A DNA stretch of 63,304 bases, the filler included. It is 12 parts of 12 records of this genome, joined end to end, with 100 filler letters (N's around TTAATTAATTAA, not from the genome) between each part and the next. Parts side by side here need not be neighbours in the genome. Positions count along the whole stretch, not along the records: positions 20,310 to 27,512 come from SRR7504441_10747; positions 27,613 to 34,926 come from SRR7504441_10748; 10 more parts are not named here. The stretch is one strand, 5' to 3'. A program made the position numbers and the translations under genes. Positions 23,397-35,026 of this stretch are shown in pieces (the first letter of the stretch is position 1; every line of letters begins with the position of its first letter). Below the pieces are notes generated by a model that saw nothing but the letters and a program-made list of their open reading frames with translations, did no database searches and had not been told where the DNA came from.

Positions 23397-25454
23397 ATGC
23401 AGATCCTGGTGGTGGACTGCTACCCGACCAAGGGCGGCAAGGCGTTCGCCGAGTTCCTCGGGTTCATCCAGGCCGGACTCGAGCCGGTCCGCGGCCACAT
23501 CCCGTGCGAGATACGCACAGCCCACTTCAGCGAGCTGGCCGAGTACGTGTTTCGGCGCAAGCCCGACGCCGGGCTGGACCCTGTGCTGCGCGAGGCGGCC
23601 GAGACTCTGTTTGAGGAAGCCGACGCGGATAATAACGGGCGCCTGGACGAGTATGAGCTGCTTATGATGCTCGACCGCTTCCTGCAGAAGGTCGGGAACC
23701 CCGTCAAAACGGAGGACCTGCCCAAGCTCAAGGAGGAAGTGCGCACTGCCATCCGCCGATTCGATGAGAATAAGAACGGCACGCTAGAGTTTGAGGAAGT
23801 GTGCGACATGCTGTGCGTAGATCCGTGGCGGCACATGCTGCCTATGGACTCGAGGCAAAAGGAGCGCGCCCGGGCGGCGATGAAGAACTTCTGCCTCATC
23901 GACATGGTGCTGGTGGACGGCGCACCAGATCTCATGCCTTGGCTGCCAGAGTGCGGTGACCTGCTACAGCTGATTGCTCAGCTGGTGTACGCACAAAAGT
24001 GGGACGGAGTCCCGGGTATCAGCTTGTTTGGGACAACAGTTGCTTGCCAGTGCATACAGTACCTTGCTGTTGCTGGGAACCAGCAGCTGGGCATCTTCAA
24101 TGGCCAGCGGCTCGACAGGCTACACGGTGACTCGATGCGTGGCCATTCCAGAGCACTGCACGAGGTAGATATCACAGATCCGTGTGTCAAAGAGGGTGGC
24201 ATGTTCCTTGATAATTCCACTGGCTCAGTCTACGAGCATAAACCCAGGTTGGAGGGTGTCTGCAGGCCAGTTGGCGCAGCGGCTGTGGCGACCACCGGGC
24301 CTGGTATCGGGGCCTACCATTGTGTGGATTGCAGCTGGAAGCGGATTGCTCATGTTGGATTGGTGGCAAATGCGTCGCGAGTGGATGGCCTGAGGACGCC
24401 TTACAGACCGACGCCAATATCAGGATCGAGTCTCGAAGACTCGTGCATCACTAGAGCTAACTTGCGGTCCTCTAAGTTTCAGCACTGGCTTTTTGAGGGC
24501 ATTCCGGGGGTCTCCATTGTGGCTCCGTGCACTCGCACCTTTGATATAGATCTCAAGGCTGGTAAAGGGTTAGATCCGCTTGCCATGGGTAAGCGAGGCC
24601 CTGAAATACTCGAGATGCACAAGATGCTGATAGGAGTAGAGTTCGTGGTCCACAAAAATTTCCCAGAAACTGTTCAGCTTGTGAAAAACTTTGTACACAA
24701 GAGAGCGGTGGACTTTTCACAAGCACCCGAAGAGAAGCTTGAGTGGTTTGAATGGATGTTGAGAGCTGCTACCGGAAATAAGATGCACCTGACTTTTGCC
24801 CCAGAATTTGAGCCGTATGGGTCTCAGAAGGAACACAGGCTAGCAGGAGATGCTCCACAGGAACCATGCCAACTCCCAGCTGTGAACTCTGCCCAAAAGG
24901 TCGAACATTATCGGGTGCTTCCTCCTACAAAGTATGAAAGTCCAAAGCGAAAGTATGAGAAGCGGCTACAGACGCCGGTGAGGGGAGTTCCTGGATATCC
25001 TGCAACGCGTGGCCGTGGGCCAAACATGTCACCACGGCCAAAGTCTGTGAGGGAACACGCTCCTGTTCCAAGCTCTGCGAGGAGTCCTGCTCTTCCAGTA
25101 ACAGTGTTCGTTGAGGAATCAATGAGACTGATACACGAGGAGCGTATGGAGCGCCGCAAATGGGTTGCTGGTCCTTGGCTCGCCAACTCTTTGGTGCCGA
25201 GGGATCCTAAGGTTTACTTCAACCGACCGGGCATTCCAGATGCGCAGTACAGCACAAGACGGCCGGTGAATAAAGCATCCTGGATACGAAGATCGTCGAC
25301 GCATGGAGTTCCTGTTGATTTCAAGCGGTTCTTCCCGACTGATCCTGAAGGAATGCATCCGCTTGGGCATACACCACCTCCAGCAACACGACGAATCGTC
25401 CCAACTTGGCCGCCTCCCAGATCACGTCAACGAGGTACTAGCCGACGACGTTGA
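23397..25454 (+). CDS. EF-hand pair protein with degenerate class I glutamine amidotransferase-like fold
   Basis: EF loops DADNNGRLDEYE and DENKNGTLEFEE. Flanks MQILVVDCY, IDMVLVDG, LFGTTVACQ and IGVEFVV...LVKNFV echo GATase-1 strands. Intronless. Confidence 0.6.
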   Translation: MQILVVDCYPTKGGKAFAEFLGFIQAGLEPVRGHIPCEIRTAHFSELAEYVFRRKPDAGLDPVLREAAETLFEEADADNNGRLDEYELLMMLDRFLQKVGNPVKTEDLPKLKEEVRTAIRRFDENKNGTLEFEEVCDMLCVDPWRHMLPMDSRQKERARAAMKNFCLIDMVLVDGAPDLMPWLPECGDLLQLIAQLVYAQKWDGVPGISLFGTTVACQCIQYLAVAGNQQLGIFNGQRLDRLHGDSMRGHSRALHEVDITDPCVKEGGMFLDNSTGSVYEHKPRLEGVCRPVGAAAVATTGPGIGAYHCVDCSWKRIAHVGLVANASRVDGLRTPYRPTPISGSSLEDSCITRANLRSSKFQHWLFEGIPGVSIVAPCTRTFDIDLKAGKGLDPLAMGKRGPEILEMHKMLIGVEFVVHKNFPETVQLVKNFVHKRAVDFSQAPEEKLEWFEWMLRAATGNKMHLTFAPEFEPYGSQKEHRLAGDAPQEPCQLPAVNSAQKVEHYRVLPPTKYESPKRKYEKRLQTPVRGVPGYPATRGRGPNMSPRPKSVREHAPVPSSARSPALPVTVFVEESMRLIHEERMERRKWVAGPWLANSLVPRDPKVYFNRPGIPDAQYSTRRPVNKASWIRRSSTHGVPVDFKRFFPTDPEGMHPLGHTPPPATRRIVPTWPPPRSRQRGTSRRR

Positions 25455-25750
25455 TTTGGGTTTCTATTCATCAATAGGTCTTTACATGTAATTAAAGGTC
25501 TTAATTAAACCGATACATGACTTGTAGCAAGTCGGCAATAAAATAAAATTGTGTGCCACAATTACAATGGTCTTCGCATGACGATACTCAATCGAATTGA
25601 CCTTGAATTCGCAATTTTAATAGCTAAACGTATGTGCACGTAATCTCACACGCTAGTAATAAAGTCAGTCCGCGACCACATCCGTTGATTGGTTTCAGTA
25701 CTTAGTTACGTTTGACTCCTCATCCTCAGCCATACACCTTGCGCGCCAAG

Positions 25751-27512
25751 CTAGTGCCTTTGACAATATTCTTTCTCAAAGAGATTGTTGGATCCACCCG
25801 TATACATGTCAACGTGAATCTTATCTGCATGTCTCACTCCCAAGCTGTTTAGCATGTGTGTCGCCGACCTGTAGCAAAAGGCATGGACTGAAAACCAACC
25901 CAGAGGTTCACCTTCCTAGAAAGTATGGCGGTAAGCTCTTCTTAGCAACCCCGTTGGCCTCGCCATGTTGGGCGTTTTGAGTATACCAAATCGCGGAGTG
26001 TAACTGAGCAAAACACATCGTGAGCTCAGTGCAGCAGGCAAGGCTTCACCTTGTATGGTAAGTAGCCTATAAGTGGTAGCACTGCATGAGGCCCTCTCAA
26101 GTCTCTGTCCCCACGCGTTCGGCTTAGCTGTCATCGCAACGAAAGACCTCTCTGCGGGCTCGTCCATACTGTCTGGATCTACATTTGGATCCAGCACCCA
26201 GCAGCTGCCTTCTCCGGAGATCGGGTGCTTTGCATTCTGCAGCCGACAGAGCTCACGAGGCCAGATCTGCCGAGCCACCTCGTCGACCAAGATTAGGTGC
26301 GAGCCTCTGATGTCCTGTATCGCTGGGAATTGAAGCAGCTGATCGTACCCCCAGTGCCCCTGCAGCCGACTCAGGACTTGAGCACAACCCGAGCGCAGAC
26401 CTCACACTCCTCAGGATCCACTTCACAAAGAGGCACCACTTGATTCAGCCGCCCTCCAGCCCCTTCGCCAGCACTGCCCCCATGGCTCCATCGCGCAAGA
26501 GCGAACGCCGATCGTACCTGCCCGACGGCCGCGGTACATCCCAGCATTCAACACCTGGAGCCCGGTCTCAGGAAGCAGCCACAGGTCACGGGACCCTTCA
26601 ACCCCAGCACCGCGCCCGGAGCGCCATGCGCGACCGTGAGCGCGTGATAGGTGAGTATCGCACCCTGCCCAGCTTGTCACGGGCTCAATGTACAAGCTAC
26701 CATGATAGGTCGCATGTTGGCTTGAGAGCCGCACACGATTGGATACCAGCTAATGGCGTACCACGAGCACGGCGCTATCTCGCTGCTGCTAGCACCGACT
26801 AGCAGATCTGCCGTGCTTTGGTTCTGTGCAGCGAGCTCGTTTATCTGCGACAAACCGTCAGCCGCGAGGGGGCCAGCCCCGGTGCTCACTCGATCCACCA
26901 GCGGCGGCCGCTGGAAAGGCGTCTCAGTTTCATAGAACTCGAACGCCAGCCGAGGCCCACTGCTTGGCTGCAGCCGCCAAGCTCAGATGGGCCGCTCGGC
27001 AGCGGACCTCGGAGTCGGCAGGAGGGCGGGTCCAGATCTGAATGGCGGAGATGAACGGGTTGTAATACACCTGGGCCGGCTGCGGCGGGTACGGACTGCT
27101 GGCCCGACCTCTCTCTGCTCGCCCTCCAGCAGGATCGGGACTCCAAAGCCGTACGGTGCGTCGTAGAACCGCCAGACGTCCTGGAGATGAAACCCGGGGC
27201 CTGCGCCAGCTGAGCGCCCGAGCCGAGGGAGCGGGGACCGTTGCTGGTCTGGTGGATTGGCAGCACCGGGTTCGTGGTGGTCAGGAACAAGTGGAAGTTG
27301 GTGCCGGCGGGGAGCTTGCTGGCGCTGGCTGCGGCTGCAGCTCTCTGGTCGGCCGGGTCTCGGCTCCCGCGCCGAGCTTTGGTTCTGGCCCTGCGCCCAT
27401 GGGTGCTCAGGGGCCGGCGGCCGGGTTTGCACCTGTCCCCTTGCGCCTTGTCTGCCTCCTCGGCCGGCACAGGAGCCAGCTGAGCCGTCATGTTCATTGC
27501 GCACTTCACTCC
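25751..27512 (-). CDS. DUF789-family protein (5' end cut, many short introns)
   Basis: Spliced motifs NFHLFLTTTNP, FHLQDVWRFYDAPYGFGVPI, YYNPFISAIQI, LAFEFYETETPFQRPPLVD, SWYAISWYPI, LTYH, LPLIGYLPYK, LNSLGVRHAD follow the DUF789 pattern in order. Confidence 0.75.
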
Positions 27513-28012
27513 NNNNNNNNNNNNNNNNNNNNNNNNNNNNNNNNNNNNNNNNNNNNTTAATTAATTAANNNNNNNNNNNNNNNNNNNNNNNNNNNNNNNN
27601 NNNNNNNNNNNNAGATTACGATAGCTGACTAAACAAATAAACCATTTTAGATTATAGTACCTTACTCTCTATGTACTCTCCAGTCTGATGATTCGTACCC
27701 GAAACACATTATTACTACGACCAACAGGGCCGGTCCTTACTGTCGAGGTTACCAGTGCACAGTCATTAAGTAGCTCAAAAATGCGATGTGCAAAGTTTGA
27801 GCGAATTTTGCGACCCCCCCAAAATCGACCTATTGGACGATAAGGAGGTACAGCCGTACTTTAGGGCACTTTAGTAGACGTCTACAGCACTGTGCATACT
27901 GTGCTGTACAGGTAGAGTCTACTTGAATTTTTTTTTTTTTTTACCTCTAAAAGTAGAGAAACTGCATCTCATCCTCGGCCACAGGGTGGAGTGCTGAGTG
28001 CGCTTGCCCGCA

Positions 28013-28888
28013 ATGCGGTGGGCCGTGCTGCTCTCGCTGGCAGCGCTGTGTCCCACTGCCAGCAGCCTGAACGTGACCTCTCTCGTCATCGGTGGCTACA
28101 CCGGGATGACCGGCTGTCACAGCGCGGGCGGCAAGGAATCCTCCGCAATGGCCACGTTCCCCGCGGACGCCTCGGCCGGCAGGACTTACCCGCTGCTGGC
28201 GTTCTCGCACGGGATGAATTGCGACCCCGCAGCTGTCTACACGGCGATGCTGCGCAAGCTGGCCAGCAGCGGGTATATCGTGATCGCCCCGAATGGGGAT
28301 AACAAAGGCTGGTGCGTCACAATGTACAAAGACACCCTGCGCGGGATAGATGTCGCCTACGAGCGGCGGACCGAGTTCCCGTTCAGCGCAATTGACTGGA
28401 GCAAGGGCGTCGGGCTCCTAGGTCATTCGATGGGTGCGCACGCCACCGTTCAGGCAGCAGGGATGCACCCAGCCTCACCCGTTGCTGTAAAGGCGGCCGT
28501 GGCGTTCGCCCCGCAATTCTTCCCCCCGGGGCAGCCCTCGTTCGCCGACAAGGTGAGGGTGCCTATATTCTACGTCAGTGCGTCTGGCGACAGGATTGTT
28601 GATCCACAAAAGGTCCAGCAACAATACAATGACACCAAGCCTGGGTTGAGCAAAGTGTTCGCGGAGCTCAAAGGTTACAACCACATGTCTGTATCGACCT
28701 CGGTCGCCTTCTCCTACTTTACAACTGCCTTCTTCGACTGTCACATGCTGAATCGAAAGAGCGGTTCGTCTAGTTGCGATTCTATTTACAATCATAGCGG
28801 GCGAGCATGGTGCCCGATCTGCGGTAACCAGGTGGGCTGTCCGTATGTGTGGCCTATGCAAGTCTGCCAGGATTCGTTCAAGGTGTGA
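28013..28888 (+). CDS. Secreted alpha/beta hydrolase (chlorophyllase/cutinase-like)
   Basis: Signal peptide MRWAVLLSLAALC; YPLLAFSHG, LASSGYIVIAP, GHSMG nucleophile elbow, SGDRIV (Asp), YNH (His). Intronless. Confidence 0.85.
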   Translation: MRWAVLLSLAALCPTASSLNVTSLVIGGYTGMTGCHSAGGKESSAMATFPADASAGRTYPLLAFSHGMNCDPAAVYTAMLRKLASSGYIVIAPNGDNKGWCVTMYKDTLRGIDVAYERRTEFPFSAIDWSKGVGLLGHSMGAHATVQAAGMHPASPVAVKAAVAFAPQFFPPGQPSFADKVRVPIFYVSASGDRIVDPQKVQQQYNDTKPGLSKVFAELKGYNHMSVSTSVAFSYFTTAFFDCHMLNRKSGSSSCDSIYNHSGRAWCPICGNQVGCPYVWPMQVCQDSFKV

Positions 28889-29252
28889 TCTTATTGATCA
28901 AGTCCAGAAGCACCATCATTACCGAAAGCTAACAACTTCTGACTTCGGACGGAGCTCTTGATCTCTTGTACTCGTATGAGTAGAAGGGGGCCTAAAGGAG
29001 GCCTGCAATGCGTGTCGGCCGCTTATCAATTGATGAGTTGAATGATGAAATCGATCGAAGCGTGACGAGCATACTCTTTAAATGTCCTTTAAATGACGCA
29101 TGTACGAGACTAGCTTGATAAACAATGAATGTACGGCTGCTCAGGAATGCAATGATCAATTTATGATCGATTCACCCCTCAAACTTAATTCGTCCACTGA
29201 TGGCTAAGCCACACTATTAAACGCGACACAATAGACCTGGGGATCGATTGTT

Positions 29253-32200
29253 CTAAGACCCCACTCTTGCGGCATTATCAAACTGCTGAAGCTCCTTGCG
29301 GTAGTCCTCGCACTCCTTCCGCAGCTTCTGCAGAGACGCTCCAGTCATCCGGAATGTTTCGGTGGCTCCGCCCACGTGTGGAGGCCGAAACGCCTGAGCA
29401 AACAAAATGAATCAGCGACACGTCGTATTTAGACTTACGTCTGACACTTGTGGCGAGGGCGACGGGTCGGAGTGGCCCCCATGCTGCTGGAACGGGTGGG
29501 CTAGTGCCTGGCTAAATGCATTCACAAATTCGTCTCTGTCGACCACGCCGTCTTTGTTGACATCGATCTTATCAAACGTCCTGTCCGCCTCCGAAGCCGT
29601 GACCCCAGACGGCAGCCACGGGTGCGGCAGGTAATTATGGACCTGCCTCAGCTCCCTGCACAATCGCATCACCGTCAAGCCCGGCTGCGACGACTTATTC
29701 ACCGAGAGAGCACGTCATTCTGTGTGTTTACGCGGGACATCTGGGTCGCCGCCAACTGGATGGCTTGCCGCTCCTGCTCGAGCTGCGCCATCTGCCACAC
29801 GCGCTCAGCCCACGCACCCGGCCAGCCGCACCAAGCGCCTGTTGGCCTCCGACAATTGAGCCGACTCTTGGTCTGATTGAATCAGCAACTCCCGACTCAC
29901 CTTATTCTCCTGAGCAGCCGCGCTCACCTCCCGCTCCCGTTCGAAAGCCTCTTTGAGTGAGCTTATCTGCTTAGCCAGCTCGTGTATGCTAGACTCCACC
30001 GCCAGGTGTCGCTGGGTGCTCGGACTGGGCTGCTGCCGCGGCTCTACTGGAGTATTGTACGCGCTGAGCGGCGACGGAGCAGACGAGCCTCCCGCCTGTG
30101 TGGGCCGTGTGGGCCGAGCCGGCTGATCGTGCTGCTGGAAGACCGAGAGACTCGCCTGGTGCGCGGCCCGCTGAAGCTCAATCACCTGCTGCTCCAGCCT
30201 GTGCAGGTCCATCGTACGGGTCTGGACCAGCTCGTTCAGCCCCTCAGTTTGGCTTTGCCAACGGCTTTCGCTCGAACGGAACAGGTTGAGCACACACTGG
30301 AGGGCGGCAAGCAGTCCGTCCTTCAGCATTATGAACTCGTCCTCCCGCCAGAGCAGCGGCCCGGCCCGCCCGGGAGGCACAAACGGCTGGGTCAGCTTGG
30401 CGGCCTGGGCAGTGAGCTTGTCTGTTGAGTGGAATGTAGACAGGAAAGACCTGCAGCGGCCGGTTAGCACTGGTTTTGAGTTTATTTTAGGACCGGAGCT
30501 GCTCGCCGACTTGGATGTGAAGCTCCTGGTGCTGAGAGACACGCTGGTGCACCAGCTGCCGCTCCTTGTAGCTGCAGTCACCTGCGGGACCGGATCAGAC
30601 GGTGCATCCCGCCGCGCGGCGACCTGCCATCGTCCTGAGCCACTGTTCGAACTCGAGCACAGTCGCCCTCTCGGTCCGCACTTGCTGCTGCAACGTATCT
30701 GCCGCCCAATCAGGGCACTGACCGGGCAAATACTCACCCGTTTCCTCGGTCTTGTGGCCCATTTTCTGCTCGAGATCCCTCTTGACTTGCACCAGTTCAT
30801 CTTGCGCCGCCTCGAGCTGCCGCTGAGCCTGCGCCTGGTGCCGGGCCAGCTTCTCATCGGCTAGCGTGCTCTGCCTCGCAAGCCTCTCCTCCGCATGCTC
30901 TTGCTCCTTCCGGAATTTCTCCTCCGACTGAGCGTGCAGCTGTTTGACCTTTTCTTCCAGCGTGCCGACCTGCACCGTCCCGATTAGGAGTCTCATAGCT
31001 TAACATGTTCCTAATCGGGAAATGCCATGGCTTGGCAGCATCTTACAAGCAAACCACACCTGTTTAGTCAGGTTCACTTCATAGTGCATCAGCTCCTCGA
31101 CGTGCTGATTCAAGCTCCGCGTATCGTCCCATCCGCGCCTCCCTTCAAACCGCTGCAGGTGCCACCCCCTGATCATCCCACACACGTCTTTCACCCGACT
31201 CTGCATCCGGTCCCGATCCTCGCCCGTCACACGGAGCAGCTCCTTCATCTTCCGTTGCGCCTCAGCCCGCTCCTCCAGCTCCGACGCCTGCTCTCTTATC
31301 AGCCGCTCGCAGTCATTCACTTTGCCCTTCAGGTTCGCGATTTGAGACTGGATCTGGCCCTCGTGCGCTATCCTCTCGTTCAACGACTGATTCAGCTCCA
31401 CCTCACGATGCTCCAAATGCTCTATTCTCTCAGCCGCAGTCGCCGCCTCCTGTGTCCGCACTTCTTCCAGCTGCCGCAGCTGCCGCCGTAGCTTCTTCTC
31501 TGTCTTTGCTGCCAGCTCATTCCGATGACTCAAGTCACTTCGGAGCTGGTTACAGATCTGGCTGCTCTGATCCAGCTCCCCTTTGAGCTGCTGGTCGCGC
31601 AGATCGGCCGCCTCCACTTGCGCCCTCAGCTGCCCCACCTCTCGGTGCATTTCCTCAAGCCGAGCCGACTCCTCCGCCAGCCTCCGTGATGTCTGCTCGT
31701 GAGCAGCCAGCGCCGCCTGCTCACCGTGATCTGCAGCTCGGAGCTTCTCGTGCATCGCCTCAATCTGCTCGGCCGTGTGCTGCTGCCGCTCGTCGGCCTT
31801 GGTCTGCAGATCATCATTCTGTTTCTCAAAAGTCTGGGCCCGCCGGCATTCGCCTTCAGTCGCGATTTCCTGCGCGACAAGCCTCTGCTCGAGATCTGCT
31901 ATCCGGAGGGTCATTTCAGCGTTCTGCTCCTCGAGCTGGGCCTTGCCGGCCATTTCCATCCGGAGCTTGCCCTCGGTCTGGTCTAGCTGGCTCTGAACCT
32001 CCTCTTCCTCCTCGAGTACCTGTCAAGTAGCCAGTAGTCAGTCAAATGACCTCTCAATACATGCAGGGCTAGGTTGGATTACATTCGCTATTATTAGTTC
32101 CAGCCGGGACCTTTTCCATGAAGTCCACCCGCTGCAGCAGGTCCAGCCGGGTCTTGTCCAGCTCTTTCTGCAGACCATCGATCTGCCGGCCTCGGTAAGA

Positions 32201-33305
32201 TCTCGACTCAATCCTTTAGAAGACGGCAACACGCGAGACACAGCGAGATGCGAAATCAAGGCACTAGTCAGGCACCCCTAGATCGAGCCCCTGATTCAAC
32301 TCGCGTATCTCGTGGATTTGGTTTTCAAGCCCAGCCACCTCTTGGTTGTGGCGCGCAGTGCAGATTCCAATCTCATTCCTCGCTGCGGCAAGATTCCGCT
32401 CGTACTCAGCCATCACACCTGCGGCCCCGGTCCGGCCGAGCACTGCGGCCACCCACCCTGCAGCCTGGCCTGCTCCTCGGCCCACCGCATGTCCTGCGAA
32501 CCCTTGGAGCTCCTAAGGCTCGTCACCTCTACTCCAACGAGCTTCAGCTCCTCTTGTTTCTGAATCAGCTGCGCCTGAGCGCCAACAGCGTCAGACCAGC
32601 CCCGGCCAGCCCGCGCCTGGAGCTCGTGCTGCGCGCTGACCGCGTCGGTTAGCTCGCGCTTGCACACGTCTAATTCCTTGGAAACGGATTCCATCTGAAG
32701 CTCCCGCACAGTAGAGTTCAGCTCATTCGCATGCCCGGCCTCCTGAAGCTTCCGCACCTCCTGTGCCCGGCTCGGCCCACCCCCCCGCGCGGGGGCGCTG
32801 CCTGGTCGTTACTCTGCTGCTGCTCACGCTGAGAGTCCACAGTGTCTTTCAGCCCGGCGAGCTGCTGCTCCAGTTCAGCCACCCTGCCCTCCCCACTCCA
32901 TACGGCCGCTGCACCCACCCACCGGGTCTCGGCCGCGCGCGTGCGCTGCCTCTCGGCCTCCACCGCCCCGTTCGAGTCGCTCTGGAGCTGCTGGATCGCC
33001 TGCCGAGCCTTCACCAGCAACACCTGCCAGCCGTCCCCATATGCGCAGCCCGGCCGCGCACCTTGTTGCCCTCGAGCTCGGCGGTGCGCTCAGTCAGCGC
33101 CCGCTCCTTGCGCCGGATGTTCTCGGTCAAGTCGTAAACCTGCCGACAACCTCAGCCGCCCGCCGGGTGCCCGGCTGGCCTGCATCTGCAGGTTGAACTT
33201 GGCGTCTTGCAGCTGGGTGACCGCCTCGCCCTCCTGGATGGCGTTGTACCGGCTGTCGCTCATCTCGCCGATCGAGAGCTCCGAGGCCGCGAACACATCC
33301 TCCAT
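29253..33305 (-). CDS. Large coiled-coil protein with C-terminal EF-hand (many short introns)
   Basis: Successive E/Q/L/R heptad-rich exons from MEDVFAASELSIGEMS to FDKIDVNKDGVVDRDEF. Exon structure is approximate. Confidence 0.6.
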
Positions 33306-33400
33306 CGCTCAGACCGTCCCTCGTCCAACAAGCCTGCGCTTCATTTGCCCAGCATCGAAATCAACCGAAAACGGCCGCGCGAGAGTGACGGCGAGACACG

Positions 33401-34566
33401 ATGTCGACGTCGCCTTCCCAGGAATCCCTTGTGAGCGCGGACCCTCCGGCCGAGGCCTTGGGCGCCGATTCGGTCGAGAGCCAGTGGCAGTCCTTCACAT
33501 CCACCGGTCCGCACCTGGTGGATAGCCTAGCCCTCCCGGCCTGCCTGGACATCGAGCCGCCCGACCTGGAGCGCGTCACGGCCCCATCCGCCTGCTGCGG
33601 CTGCCGGGGCGGGCTGTGCGACGCGTCGGGCATCCACAGGAACGGTACCTGCTACCTCCCCGCCGGAGTCACCGGGCCGTTGCCCGCAGTGGTGCTAGTA
33701 TCAGGCATCTCGAACAGCGCCGGCTCAATGGCCGGGTGGGCTCGATTCTACGCCAGCCACGGGCTGCTCGCCGTGACGATAGCCCCGCGCAACACCTACT
33801 GGAACTGGCCAGCCTCGCGGGCCGCCGCGGTCATCTCAGCGGTCAAGCAGCTGCGCCGGGAGACCGCAACCGAAGGCTCTCCGCTCCACGGACGTGTAGA
33901 CGTCGAACGAGTCGCCGCGCACGGATACAGCCTGGGGGGCGGCGGGGTCCAGCTGGCGGCGGTGCTCGAGCCGGAGCTGATCAAGGCCGTGATCGCTCTC
34001 AACCCGCACAGCGGTGGCTGTCCAGCGTGCTGGAACCAGTGCGAAGATCTGGATCACGGGTCGCCCACGCTGATAGTGGCCTCAGGGTGCGACTGCGTGG
34101 CCTGCACCGGGTGTCACGCCAGGCCCATGTTCGAGCGCACCCCGGCGGCCACCCCAAAGCTCTTACTCGAGCTGCCTGGAGACCATTGGACCGTACATGG
34201 ACCGCAGGGAGGCTCGCTGTGCACCTTTGTCTGCTGGAGTTGGGGTCTGTGCAGGGCTGGGGTTGGGCTCTGCTGCCCGTGCTGCTGCTGCGACAGCTGC
34301 GCCGACGAGTGCGCGGGCGATGTCGGCGACGGCCCACCCGATGATTTCAGCGGGAACGAGGTGATTGGAAGATGATAATCGGGCGCATTAAACGTTGCTT
34401 GTTGCAGGTACTCGGGCAATACGTGATGGGATGGCTCAAACTGTTTCTGCAAGGCCAGACTGACTTGACCGATCGCGTCTTCACTCAGCCAGAGGAGGCT
34501 CAATTGTTTTTGGCTAGTCGAGGCGAGGCTTCGGCTGCCGACACAGCGGCTGAGTCAGCTGTTTGA
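33401..34566 (+). CDS. Cutinase/PETase-like alpha/beta hydrolase with Cys-rich insertions
   Basis: PAVVLVSG..MAGWARFYASHG, SPLHGRVDVERVAAHGYSLGGGG, PTLIVASGCD, LLELPGDH. After intron 34361-34407: LGQYVMGWLKLFLQG. Confidence 0.8.
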
Positions 34567-35026
34567 ATTTATTCTCGTCATTCCGCACTAGCAGTCGTGA
34601 TGTCTTGCTCTTGATTGTGCTTTAAAGGTTATTCTTTAGGCACACTTGACTACCATAAATGACCGAGTGCAAGATAAATTCTCTTTTAAAACCTGCATTG
34701 CACATGGTGCAACCATGATTCGTGATCGATCGTGACAGTGGGTACAAGGTCGCCGTGAACGCAACGTGCCCAAGTGGGTGGGGATCGGCAAGCGTGTACA
34801 GTCACGTTTGCTCGGTGCTTGGTGTACACCGGCGCATACCGGTGTAGGTATGTGCGTTAGTGCGAGTGCGTGCATATATGCTTATAAATGACGTGAATGT
34901 GCCTCAAAGAACGCACGCGGCTAAGTNNNNNNNNNNNNNNNNNNNNNNNNNNNNNNNNNNNNNNNNNNNNTTAATTAATTAANNNNNNNNNNNNNNNNNN
35001 NNNNNNNNNNNNNNNNNNNNNNNNNN

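Noticed and set aside
14570-27825. TGCG(A)CCCCCC-like motif at contig ends (14583-14595, reverse complement at 20310-20319) and at 27809-27820 as a possible transposon TIR
   Set aside because: Too short, and homopolymer runs commonly break assemblies. No TSD or transposase was seen.
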